Positions 19,525 to 27,310 of a DNA stretch of 64,000 bases are shown piece after piece. How positions within the stretch are numbered: the first letter of the stretch is position 1; every line of letters begins with the position of its first letter. Where the stretch lies: NCBI GenBank assembly GCA_035285125.1, contig JAYKHR010000045.1, positions 160,001 through 224,000 on the forward strand. Reading direction: 5' to 3'. The translations under genes and the position numbers were made by a program. The stretch comes from Candidatus Sericytochromatia bacterium (GTDB lineage: Bacteria; Cyanobacteriota; Sericytochromatia; S15B-MN24; JAQBPE01). The notes below the pieces were generated by a model. It was not told the DNA's origin and made no database searches. It was given only the letters and a program-made list of their open reading frames with translations.

Positions 19525-19685
19525 AGCAGGCTGGACGGGGGGTATCGCGCTGGTTCAGATAATGTTGATTATCCGAATCAGCCCCGCTGTGAGGCTGCTT
19601 CGCTCTGGTGCGGGTTTCCGGCGTTTCAAGGTCAATGGGTTCCGGATAACACGACCGAAAGCCCCCGGGGGTACGTCAGGAGACA
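19525..19685 (-). ncRNA. Candidate structured ncRNA, possibly 6S RNA
   Basis: Lower-GC intergenic segment between convergent genes. The ends can pair, with nested helices TTATCCGGA/TTCGGATAA and CCCGC/GCGGG. TATCTT -10-like hexamer just upstream on the minus strand. Confidence 0.4.
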
Positions 19686-19739
19686 AGATAACGCGTGGCT
19701 GCCGTTGAGGGCCTTCCTGGTCGCGCCAGGTCATTCCCT

Positions 19740-20363
19740 TCACCGGGCCTGGCGCGAGCCGTGCAGCGGGCGGATCCCTGCGGTGGTGGAGGAGGGGCTG
19801 GGTTCGTGCCCGGGGAAGCGCTCGCTGATGCCCTCCAACCGCCAACCTTGCCCGTCTTCGTGGTGCCACAGGTGATACGAGACCCCGGCAGGGTGCCGCT
19901 CCGTGCGGATACAGACCCCATCGGCACGGAAGAAGTCCTGGGAGATGTGGGCCTCGAAGCGAACGACCACACGATCGGCGCCCGGCCCGCCTTCCGTGAC
20001 GTGCACGAAGACCGGGGGGCGGGCCAGGGTGACGACGGCCTCGCGCCGCACCGCCTCTGCCGGCCACCGTGCAGCCTGCCCGCTCAGCATCTCTGGCTGC
20101 ACCCAGGCCTGCAGGCCCTCCAGCGCCTCTCGCGTCGGGGCGCTCCAGAACGACGACGCCGTGCGGGTCACCAGGTCCCGAAGCTCCTCCACGTCCCAGA
20201 CCCCGGGTTGCTGGGAAGCCAGCAGGGCCAGGATTCGCTCAGTTTGTACGTTGCGTGATGACTCCAGGTCCCGCCGCTGAGCCGACAAGCGCCGCCGCAT
20301 CAGGGTCGCGCCCATGCAGGCCGCGACGAAGCCGACGAAGACTGACGTCAGTTCGAGAACCAT
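19740..20363 (-). CDS. Membrane-anchored hypothetical protein, possibly with a Tim44/NTF2-like domain
   Basis: N-terminal TM helix, then helices and strands ending W....GWRLEGI. Starts 7 bp after the add stop. Confidence 0.6.
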   Translation of the reverse strand: MVLELTSVFVGFVAACMGATLMRRRLSAQRRDLESSRNVQTERILALLASQQPGVWDVEELRDLVTRTASSFWSAPTREALEGLQAWVQPEMLSGQAARWPAEAVRREAVVTLARPPVFVHVTEGGPGADRVVVRFEAHISQDFFRADGVCIRTERHPAGVSYHLWHHEDGQGWRLEGISERFPGHEPSPSSTTAGIRPLHGSRQAR

Positions 20364-20370
20364 GGGGGGC

Positions 20371-21435
20371 TCAGCGAGAAGCGGGGGGCTCGAGGGTGTA
20401 GCGGCTCATGTCGAGGATCGGGAGCACGTGCCGGAGCAGGGCCTGGCGCTCCTCGTAGGGCAGGAAGGCGCTCTTGAAGCCGTTCAGCACGATCCACTTC
20501 AGCGTGCGCTCATCGAGGTCGAGGGCCGTGTGGCAGCGCCACAGCTCGTCCGTGACGGAGGTGCGAGAGAACAGCCTGTTGTCGGTGTTGACGGTGACGC
20601 GGACCTGCTGGTCAATGTAGTCCCTGATGGGGTGTTCAGCCAGGCTTGGCACCACGCGTGTTTGCACGTTGCTTGTGGGGCAGAGCTCCAGAGGGATGCG
20701 GTGGTCGATCACGTACTGCAGGAGATCCAGGTCCTCACGCAGCGTGACACCATGCCCGATGCGATGCGCGCCGCAGTCGTTGATTGCTTGGTGGATGCTC
20801 GCAGGGCCCCAAGCTTCGCCGGCATGCACCGTGATATTCAGGTTTTTGTCCCTCGCATGAGCGAAGGCATGAACGTGGAGCTTGGCCGGGTTGCCTGCCT
20901 CGCCGCCCGCCAGATCGAAGGCGACCACGCCCTTGTTTTTATACGCCACGGCCAACTCCGCGAGGCGGAAGGACTCCGACTCGAAGCGGTCGCGCAGGCC
21001 GCAGATGATCACCCGGGCCTTGGTGCCCGTGTCCCGTTCGGCGTCGCGTAGGCCCGCCAGCACGGCGTCGTTCACCTCGGTCAGGCTGAGGCCCTCCCGG
21101 CGGTGCTCGATCGGCGAGTAGCGCACCTCGAGGTAGATGACGTTCTCCCTCGCGGCGTCCTCGACCAGCTCGTAGGCAATCCGGTGCAGGCTCTCGGCGT
21201 CCTGCATCACCATGATCGTGTACTTGAACCAGACCAGGAAGTCGGCCAGGGAACTCGAGGAGTCGATGGCTTCCAGGATGCGCTGGAGCTCGGCGGGATC
21301 GTCGGTGGGCAGCTCGCCGACCTTGCCCTGCTTCCGCGCGAGGTCGAGCAGCGTGGAGAGCCTGAGCGAGCCGTCCAGGTGGCAGTGCAGGTCGGCCTTC
21401 GGCCAGGCCAGGATGGTGTCCCGGGTGAGGGTCAT
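20371..21435 (-). CDS. add: Adenosine deaminase
   Basis: PKADLHCHLDGS, YLEVRYSP, TVHAGE, RIGHG, ELCPTSN and VNTDN. Confidence 0.95.
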   Translation of the reverse strand: MTLTRDTILAWPKADLHCHLDGSLRLSTLLDLARKQGKVGELPTDDPAELQRILEAIDSSSSLADFLVWFKYTIMVMQDAESLHRIAYELVEDAARENVIYLEVRYSPIEHRREGLSLTEVNDAVLAGLRDAERDTGTKARVIICGLRDRFESESFRLAELAVAYKNKGVVAFDLAGGEAGNPAKLHVHAFAHARDKNLNITVHAGEAWGPASIHQAINDCGAHRIGHGVTLREDLDLLQYVIDHRIPLELCPTSNVQTRVVPSLAEHPIRDYIDQQVRVTVNTDNRLFSRTSVTDELWRCHTALDLDERTLKWIVLNGFKSAFLPYEERQALLRHVLPILDMSRYTLEPPASR

Positions 21436-21642
21436 GGCGCGTCCCTTCTGCGTGGTGGTGGCGGGGCCGGTGGGTCATTCTAGCACGGGGGGGACGGCAC
21501 CCCCTCGTTTCCCGGTCACATTGCAGTTGTAAAGATAATAAATATTATAAGGAAGAAGTGTTCGGCCACCCCGAGGGTATGAAGAGCCTGCCCGCCCCGC
21601 GGGGGTGGACCGCCCGAGCCCGATGGAACGCCCCACGCCCCC

Positions 21643-23346
21643 ATGACCGAGGAAACCGCAACCGACGGCGCCTCCCCCGAAGGCACCCCCGCTGCGCGCT
21701 CTGGCGTGCGACGGCGCGCCAAGCACCGAGGGGTCGGCCTGCAGGTGGTGCGCGGCCGCCTCGGGCGCCGGTGGCGGCCCGAGGGGTCGTCCGGCCGTCG
21801 GGCCATCCTTGCCCTCCTCGGGGCGGTGTTGCCCCTGCCGATGCTGCTCGTCGGCAGCCTCGTGATGGATGGGACCATCCCCGTGCCGGGCCGGCACGAG
21901 GCCGCGGAGGTGCACGACGAGGTGGCGGCCGGCCACGGGGAGGGGCACCGCCACGGCGAGCCGGCCTCTGGCGACGGGCAGGCCAAGGCCCCCGGCCACG
22001 GCCACGGCGAGGCGGCCGAGCACGGAGAGCGCCACGGCCCTGCCAAGGCCGCCGGCCACGCGAAGGCCCACGGCCACGGCAAGCCGGCCTCTGGCCATGG
22101 GCAGGCCAAGCCGGCGGCCACGCCGTCGCTCGTGGCCCGTGACGAGGCCCAGCCTCCCACCCACGACCTGCTCGGGCTCAAGCAGAAAGGCCCGGCCAAG
22201 GCGCAGGGGCCCTCCTGGTTCGAGGCCTTGGGGGCCCGCCTTCGGTCCTGGTGGGAGGAGGCACCACCCGGCAAGGAGCCGCATCAAAAGGCCGCAGGCC
22301 CGGAGGGGGCCTCGCCCCATGCCGCCGCGGCGACGGCCGGAATCCACGGGGAGGCGAAGCGCCCAGCCGTCGCCCACGCGGCAAGGTCCGGCAAGGGGGG
22401 CGCCACGGCCGCACCCGCGCCCGAGGCCGCGGGCCACGGTGAGGCGCCCGCTCCCCGGGGGGCTGCGCCCGAGGCCGTGGGCCACGGTCAGGCGCCCGCA
22501 CCCGGCGGGGCTGCGCCTGAGGCGACGCCGCACGGCCGCGCTGGCGCTGCCGCTCATCCGGGCGGCCACGCCAGGCCGGCGGCAGGTGCCCACGCCGGCG
22601 ACCCGGGAGGAGCCGCCGCGCAGGCCGTCGAGCGCACCGTCCTGCCGAGGCCGCGCCCCCGGCCCACCTCGCCGCCGCCAGGCCTCGGGGCACGCGCGGC
22701 GTCGTGGATCGCGGGGGCTTGGCTGTCCACGGGCAAGGCCTCTCCGGCTCCCAAGGCGGCCGGCCAGCGTGCCGTCACCCGCTCGAATGCGGAGGTGGCC
22801 CGTCGGGTCGACAGGCAGGCCCCGCAGGTCTCGATGCGGCTGCAGGTCAAGCTCAGGCGCGGGCAGGCGGGGGTCTGGGGACACCGAACGCCGGATGGGC
22901 TCGCCCGCGTGTTGCTCGCCCCGATGCCGGACGGCGGCAGCAAGCTGCTGCTGACGACGGACCTCGCCTTTGTCTCCGTCGATCCCGAGGTCCGGCGGCG
23001 GCTGCCCCGGGCCGACCAGCTGCCGGGAGGGTCCCTGGAGGCCTTTTTAGAGCGATTCCCCGGCGACGGCCTCGACTGGTGGCAGCGCACGCGGCCTGGC
23101 TTTGCCCTGGTGGACGCCTTCGTCGGCACCTACATGCCCCCCGGGCGCGGCACGTCCTCGGCGGCCCGCTTCGCGTGGTGGGCGGCTCAGCTGCGCGGCC
23201 GCCTGGAGGCCACCCGGCGGCCACCGGGCGACGAAGCCATCTGGACGCCCACCTTCAACGTCGGGGCGCGCGTCGGACAGGCCTTCCTGACAGGGCAGGA
23301 CTTCACGCTCCAGCTGTACGTGCCCCCCGAGGACCCCGGCCTCTAG
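21643..23346 (+). CDS. Membrane-anchored His/Gly/Ala-rich protein with globular C-terminal domain
   Basis: One hydrophobic helix (AILALLGAVLPLPMLLVGSLV), many HG dipeptides, long ORF with coding-style codon use. Confidence 0.65.
   Translation: MTEETATDGASPEGTPAARSGVRRRAKHRGVGLQVVRGRLGRRWRPEGSSGRRAILALLGAVLPLPMLLVGSLVMDGTIPVPGRHEAAEVHDEVAAGHGEGHRHGEPASGDGQAKAPGHGHGEAAEHGERHGPAKAAGHAKAHGHGKPASGHGQAKPAATPSLVARDEAQPPTHDLLGLKQKGPAKAQGPSWFEALGARLRSWWEEAPPGKEPHQKAAGPEGASPHAAAATAGIHGEAKRPAVAHAARSGKGGATAAPAPEAAGHGEAPAPRGAAPEAVGHGQAPAPGGAAPEATPHGRAGAAAHPGGHARPAAGAHAGDPGGAAAQAVERTVLPRPRPRPTSPPPGLGARAASWIAGAWLSTGKASPAPKAAGQRAVTRSNAEVARRVDRQAPQVSMRLQVKLRRGQAGVWGHRTPDGLARVLLAPMPDGGSKLLLTTDLAFVSVDPEVRRRLPRADQLPGGSLEAFLERFPGDGLDWWQRTRPGFALVDAFVGTYMPPGRGTSSAARFAWWAAQLRGRLEATRRPPGDEAIWTPTFNVGARVGQAFLTGQDFTLQLYVPPEDPGL
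22417..22536 (+). repeat. Coding tandem repeat, 48-bp unit, about 2.5 copies (APEAxGHGxAPAPxGA)
   Basis: Units start at 22417, 22465 and 22513. Confidence 0.85.
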
Positions 23347-23465
23347 GGGCAGAGGAGCGACCGCCTGCCGGGTGCGATGGTGCATCCGACACAAATGTGA
23401 CGGGCTGCGGTATGTTATGTTGGAGGTTGCAAGCCGCAGGGCCCGCAGCCGCCCGGGAGGAGCCG

Positions 23466-24023
23466 ATGTCCGACAACACGATCCTGTCTTGTGATCAGGT
23501 GGCCCAGTGCCTGGGGGTCAAGCCGTCCCAGGTCAAGAACTGGGCCGTGCGTCTGCCGGTGCCCTCGTGGGTCGAGGCGGACGGCACGCGGTACTTTCCC
23601 GCCGACGTCCTCGGCATCCTGGAGGCCGTCAAGACGATGCGCGACGAGGAGGCCTCGTATGCCTCCATCCGGCGCTTCATCGAGCCGCTGGTGCCCCAGC
23701 ACCCGCAGCGGCTCGACCAGGCACCGCGCGTCGAGCTCTCCAACGAGCGCGTGACGGAGGTCATGTCCGTGGTGCGGCCGCTGTGGAACGCGCTGCAGCA
23801 TGAGCACGCCGAGGCCGCCCGTCGGCTGGCCCGGCTGGAGCAGGAGGTGTCGAGCCTCCGCACCGAGCGCGCGGCCCTGCAATCCCAGCTGGCGGCGCTG
23901 TCCCCCTCGCGGTCTGCGGCCGTGGGCCTGCGCGGGCTGGTCTCCCGCTGGCTCGGAGCGCCAGCCCGCAGCCACGAGCCCACCCACGCCCCCGACGTCA
24001 CGCTGGACCTCCGCCCCATCTGA
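23466..24023 (+). CDS. MerR-like HTH protein with C-terminal coiled coil
   Basis: VAQCLGVKPSQVKNW..GTRYF...LGILEAVK. GGAGG RBS and heptad region EAARRLARLEQEVSSLRTE. Confidence 0.75.
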   Translation: MSDNTILSCDQVAQCLGVKPSQVKNWAVRLPVPSWVEADGTRYFPADVLGILEAVKTMRDEEASYASIRRFIEPLVPQHPQRLDQAPRVELSNERVTEVMSVVRPLWNALQHEHAEAARRLARLEQEVSSLRTERAALQSQLAALSPSRSAAVGLRGLVSRWLGAPARSHEPTHAPDVTLDLRPI

Positions 24024-24101
24024 TGGCGTTCACCTGACGCCCTGCCGGGCGTTGCCTGAGGCCGGTCCTCCCGCCACCATGCGCTGGGGGAGGGCGGACG
24101 G

Positions 24102-25238
24102 ATGGGTGAAGCTGACGGGTGGCGCCTGGGGCGCGTGGCGGGCATCCCCGTCACCATCAGCCCGAGCTGGCTGCTGATCGTGGCCGTCGTGGCCCTCAGC
24201 CTCGGCACCCAGGTCGTGCCGGGGTGGGAGCCTGGCCTCTCACGTCCGGCGGCCCTCGGGGTGGGCCTGGCCCTGACGCTCCTGTTCTTCGTCGGCCTCG
24301 TGCTACACGAGCTGGCCCATGCCCGCATGAGCGAGCACTTCGGCATGCCGGTGGCGCGCATTCGGCTGTTCCTCTTCGGCGGCGTGTCGGAGTCCCGGGT
24401 GGAGATGCGCACGCCGGGCATCGAGCTCGCGGTGGCGATCGTGGGCCCGCTCACGAGCCTGGCCCTGGCGGCCGGCTGCTTCGGGCTCGCGGTCGCCGTG
24501 CGGGCGCTCGACGGCCCCGCGCTCCTGGCTGCGGGGCTGGGCTGGCTGGCGCTGGTGAACTCGGGCGTGGCGTTCTTCAACTTGATGCCGGGGTTCCCGA
24601 TGGACGGTGGGCGCGTGCTGCGGGCCGTCCTGTGGGCGCTCAGCGGCGACATGGTGAGGGCCACGCGCTGGGCCTCCCGCGTGGGGCGGGGCTTCGGCTG
24701 GGCCCTCGTCGCCGTCGGGCTGGTGGAACTGGCGACGGGCGGCTGGGTGGGGGGGATCTGGCTGATGGCGCTCGGCTGGCTGATCGGGCAGGCGGCGCAG
24801 GGGGCCTACGTCCAGCTGGTCGTCAGCCGCGCGCTGGACCACGTGCCGGTGGCAGGGCTCATGGCCCGCGCCCCCGCGACGCTGACGCCCGACCTCACGC
24901 TGCAAGAGGCGGTGGAGCACCACTTCCTGCCACGCCCCTTCCACACCTACCCCGTGGTGGCAGAGGGCCGTTTGGTGGGCCTCATCGGGCGTGAGCACGT
25001 GCGGGCCGTGCCCCGGGGGCGCTGGGCAGACGTGACGGTCGGCCAGGCCATGGTCGCGCGGGCGGACCTGCCCGTGGTGACGCCGCAGATGGGGGTCGGG
25101 GAGGTGTTGCCGCTCTTGCTGGACGGGGCCGAGGGGCGGCTCCCCGTCGAGGCGGGCGGCCGGCTCGTCGGGTTGCTCAGCCAGACGGACGTCTTGCGGT
25201 ACCTGACGTGGACGCTCGACCGCCCCGTGTCCCGCTGA
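24102..25238 (+). CDS. Site-2 protease (M50) with two CBS domains
   Basis: HELAH, FNLMPGFPMDGGR, and C-terminal CBS motifs GRLVGLI and GRLVGLLS. Confidence 0.95.
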   Translation: MGEADGWRLGRVAGIPVTISPSWLLIVAVVALSLGTQVVPGWEPGLSRPAALGVGLALTLLFFVGLVLHELAHARMSEHFGMPVARIRLFLFGGVSESRVEMRTPGIELAVAIVGPLTSLALAAGCFGLAVAVRALDGPALLAAGLGWLALVNSGVAFFNLMPGFPMDGGRVLRAVLWALSGDMVRATRWASRVGRGFGWALVAVGLVELATGGWVGGIWLMALGWLIGQAAQGAYVQLVVSRALDHVPVAGLMARAPATLTPDLTLQEAVEHHFLPRPFHTYPVVAEGRLVGLIGREHVRAVPRGRWADVTVGQAMVARADLPVVTPQMGVGEVLPLLLDGAEGRLPVEAGGRLVGLLSQTDVLRYLTWTLDRPVSR

Positions 25239-25288
25239 GGGGCTCGGTCAGCGCGGCGCCCTTCTCGGCGCGGCCCCCCGGTTGCCCG

Positions 25289-25966
25289 TCAGCGGTCGAC
25301 GGGGAGTCCGGTGGTGGCGTTGAAGACCACGGGGCGGGCGAGCCCTGACTGGATGGGCGCCTGCACCTTCCAGACCAGCTCCTGGAAATGGGCCGGGCTC
25401 ATCGACCCTCCAAGCGTCAGCTGGAACTCTCCGGCCGCCGGCTGCGTGGGGCGCATCATGCGGGCATGGGCGATCGCCGCCTGGCTGTCGATGCGGGGCA
25501 TCGGGGCGTCGAAGAAGGCCTGCCCGAGGGGCATGCCCGGCTGCTCCGTAACTTCGACGCGCACGTCGCCCCCTGCCGTCGCGGTGACGGCGACATGGCG
25601 GTACGTCGGCAGGCCCGGGACGCCCGGCTTCCGGCCGAGGGCCTGGGCTGCCGGCTCCGTGCCCACGTAGTGGACCTGCCACTCGCCCTGGGCCGCCGGC
25701 AGCCCGTCCACGCCGATCCGGGTGCCCACCAGCGCGGTGAAGGCCGCGTGAGGCTCGGCGCGACGGGCGAGCACGTGGGCGGTGGCGAGAACCGCGCAGG
25801 CCGTGAGGGACCCGGTGATCGCCCCGGGCCCGCTCGCCCGCGTCGCCAGCACCCCCGCGCGCGGCGCGGCGGACGGCACGACGCCCGGGCGGTTGGGGCC
25901 ACAGCCTGCGACCAGCAGGCACAGGCCGATGGACAATGGGAAAAGACGCGCCGACGGGGCGGGCAT
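25289..25966 (-). CDS. Hypothetical lipoprotein, possibly with a PepSY-like C-terminus
   Basis: Lipobox LVAGC and GAGGTG RBS. IDSQAAIAHA...VVFNATTG resembles PepSY. Confidence 0.7.
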   Translation of the reverse strand: MPAPSARLFPLSIGLCLLVAGCGPNRPGVVPSAAPRAGVLATRASGPGAITGSLTACAVLATAHVLARRAEPHAAFTALVGTRIGVDGLPAAQGEWQVHYVGTEPAAQALGRKPGVPGLPTYRHVAVTATAGGDVRVEVTEQPGMPLGQAFFDAPMPRIDSQAAIAHARMMRPTQPAAGEFQLTLGGSMSPAHFQELVWKVQAPIQSGLARPVVFNATTGLPVDR

Positions 25967-26018
25967 GAGACACCTCAGGCGCGGCCTGTCCTGAGAACGA
26001 GGCCACGCCTTCAGCGTA

Positions 26019-26059
26019 TCATAAAATAAAGGTTAACGCGAGTATAAATACGTATGAAC
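26019..26059 (-). promoter_or_regulatory. Four direct repeats at exact 11-bp period (Pho-box/OmpR-type)
   Basis: The minus strand reads GTTCATAC-gta-TTTATACT-cgc-GTTAACCT-tta-TTTTATGA, upstream of the lipoprotein gene. Confidence 0.65.
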
Positions 26060-26070
26060 TGGTCCCGCGT

Positions 26071-26616
26071 TCACCTGCGGCCGAACAGCTGCTGGAAGCT
26101 GTCCACGAGGTTGCCGATGGCGTAGCCGAGCTCGGCCCCGGGCGGGTAGCCGTACCCGGGATAGCCAGGGTAGCCGTAACCGGGCTGCGGGTAGCTCGGG
26201 TAGGTGGGGTACGTCGGCTGCTGCGGATAGCCGTAGCCGTAGCCAGGCTGCGGATAGGTAGGCTGCTGCGGATAGGTGGGGTAGGTGGGGTACGTCGGCT
26301 GCTGCGGGTAGCCGTAGCCGTAGCCGGGCTGTGGGTAGGTCGGGTAGGTCGGCTGCGGCGGATAGGTCGGGTAGGTGGGATAGGTCGGCTGCTGAGGGTA
26401 GGTCGGGTAGCCGTAGCCGGGCTGCTGGTACCCGTAGCCGGGGTAGCGCCCGTTGTAGGCATAGGGGTTCTGGGCGGTGTAGGTGTCCTGCCCGAGGCCC
26501 GTGCCGCCGGTGGCTTCGCGCTGTTGGGCTGCAGGGGCGGCCGCGCGCTGCGTCGGGCGTAGCACGGGGTTCACCCGCGTGGCGGGCTGCACTTTATAGG
26601 GGTTGCCTTCCGGCAT
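26071..26616 (-). CDS. Tyr/Pro/Gly/Gln low-complexity repeat protein
   Basis: GAGAGG RBS before ATG 26616. Repeated PTYP, QQPTYP and PGYGYGYP units, ending in an amphipathic helix. Confidence 0.75.
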   Translation of the reverse strand: MPEGNPYKVQPATRVNPVLRPTQRAAAPAAQQREATGGTGLGQDTYTAQNPYAYNGRYPGYGYQQPGYGYPTYPQQPTYPTYPTYPPQPTYPTYPQPGYGYGYPQQPTYPTYPTYPQQPTYPQPGYGYGYPQQPTYPTYPSYPQPGYGYPGYPGYGYPPGAELGYAIGNLVDSFQQLFGRR

Positions 26617-26674
26617 CGGGCGGTACCTCTCGGCGTGGGGATGCCATGGTTGTCCGCCCGACGGTGCGCGATCT

Positions 26675-26715
26675 TGGTTATGCGCAGGATAATTTTTTGA
26701 TTTATTCCCGTTAAG
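26675..26715 (-). promoter_or_regulatory. Four direct repeats at 11-bp period (one degenerate)
   Basis: The minus strand reads CTTAACGG-gaa-TAAATCAA-aaa-ATTATCCT-gcg-CATAACCA. Confidence 0.55.
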
Positions 26716-27310
26716 GGGTCCGGGCCGCCGCCCGCAGCGCCTCGCGCAGGCGGGCAGCCGCCTGCGCGCGGTGGCTGATCGTGTGCTTGACCTCGGCGGG
26801 CAGCTCGCCGAAGGTCCGCCCGTGCGCGGGCACGAGGAAGACCGGGTCGTAGCCGAAGCCCCCACTGCCGGCCGGGGCCTCGGTGATCCGGCCCTCGCAG
26901 CGACCCTCCACGACCAGCGTCCGCCCATCCGGCCAGGCGAGCGCCATGGCACATACGAAGGCAGCCCCGCGGCGGGCTGCGGGCACGCCCGCGAGCTCCC
27001 CGAGCAGCTTCTCGATGCGGGCCGCGTCCGTGGCCGCGTAGCGCGCGGAGTACACGCCGGGGCGGCCGCCGAGCGCCTCGACGGCCAGCCCCGAATCGTC
27101 CGCCAGGCACGGCGTGCCGAAGGCCGCCGCGGCCGCCTGGGCCTTCAGCAGCGCGTTGGCGGCGAAGGTCTCCCCCGTCTCCTCGACCTCGAGCGGCCGG
27201 GGCGGCGGCGCGAAGACGAAGGCGCCGTCTTCCGCTGCGAAGATCGTGGAGAGTTCCTGCAGCTTGTGGGCGTTCGTCGAGGTCAGGTGGATCGTCGTGG
27301 GCGCGCTCAT
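26711..27310 (-). CDS. rdgB: Non-canonical purine NTP pyrophosphatase (RdgB/HAM1)
   Basis: TSTNAHK, EETGETFAANALLKA, ADDSGL, PGVYSARY, GFGYDPVF and SHR. ATGA overlap with the rel stop. Confidence 0.96.
   Translation of the reverse strand: MSAPTTIHLTSTNAHKLQELSTIFAAEDGAFVFAPPPRPLEVEETGETFAANALLKAQAAAAAFGTPCLADDSGLAVEALGGRPGVYSARYAATDAARIEKLLGELAGVPAARRGAAFVCAMALAWPDGRTLVVEGRCEGRITEAPAGSGGFGYDPVFLVPAHGRTFGELPAEVKHTISHRAQAAARLREALRAAARTP

Noticed and set aside
19585..19625. GAAGCAGCC on the minus strand resembling SRP RNA
   Set aside because: The CAGG-stem-GNRA tetraloop context of SRP domain IV is missing.
21528..21551. AT-rich tract as another member of the 11-bp box family
   Set aside because: The spacing is about 9 bp and the match is poor, so it may be ordinary divergent promoter sequence.
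23466..24023. MerR-like protein as the CarH regulator of the photolyase operon
   Set aside because: It has no cobalamin-binding domain, only an HTH plus a coiled coil.
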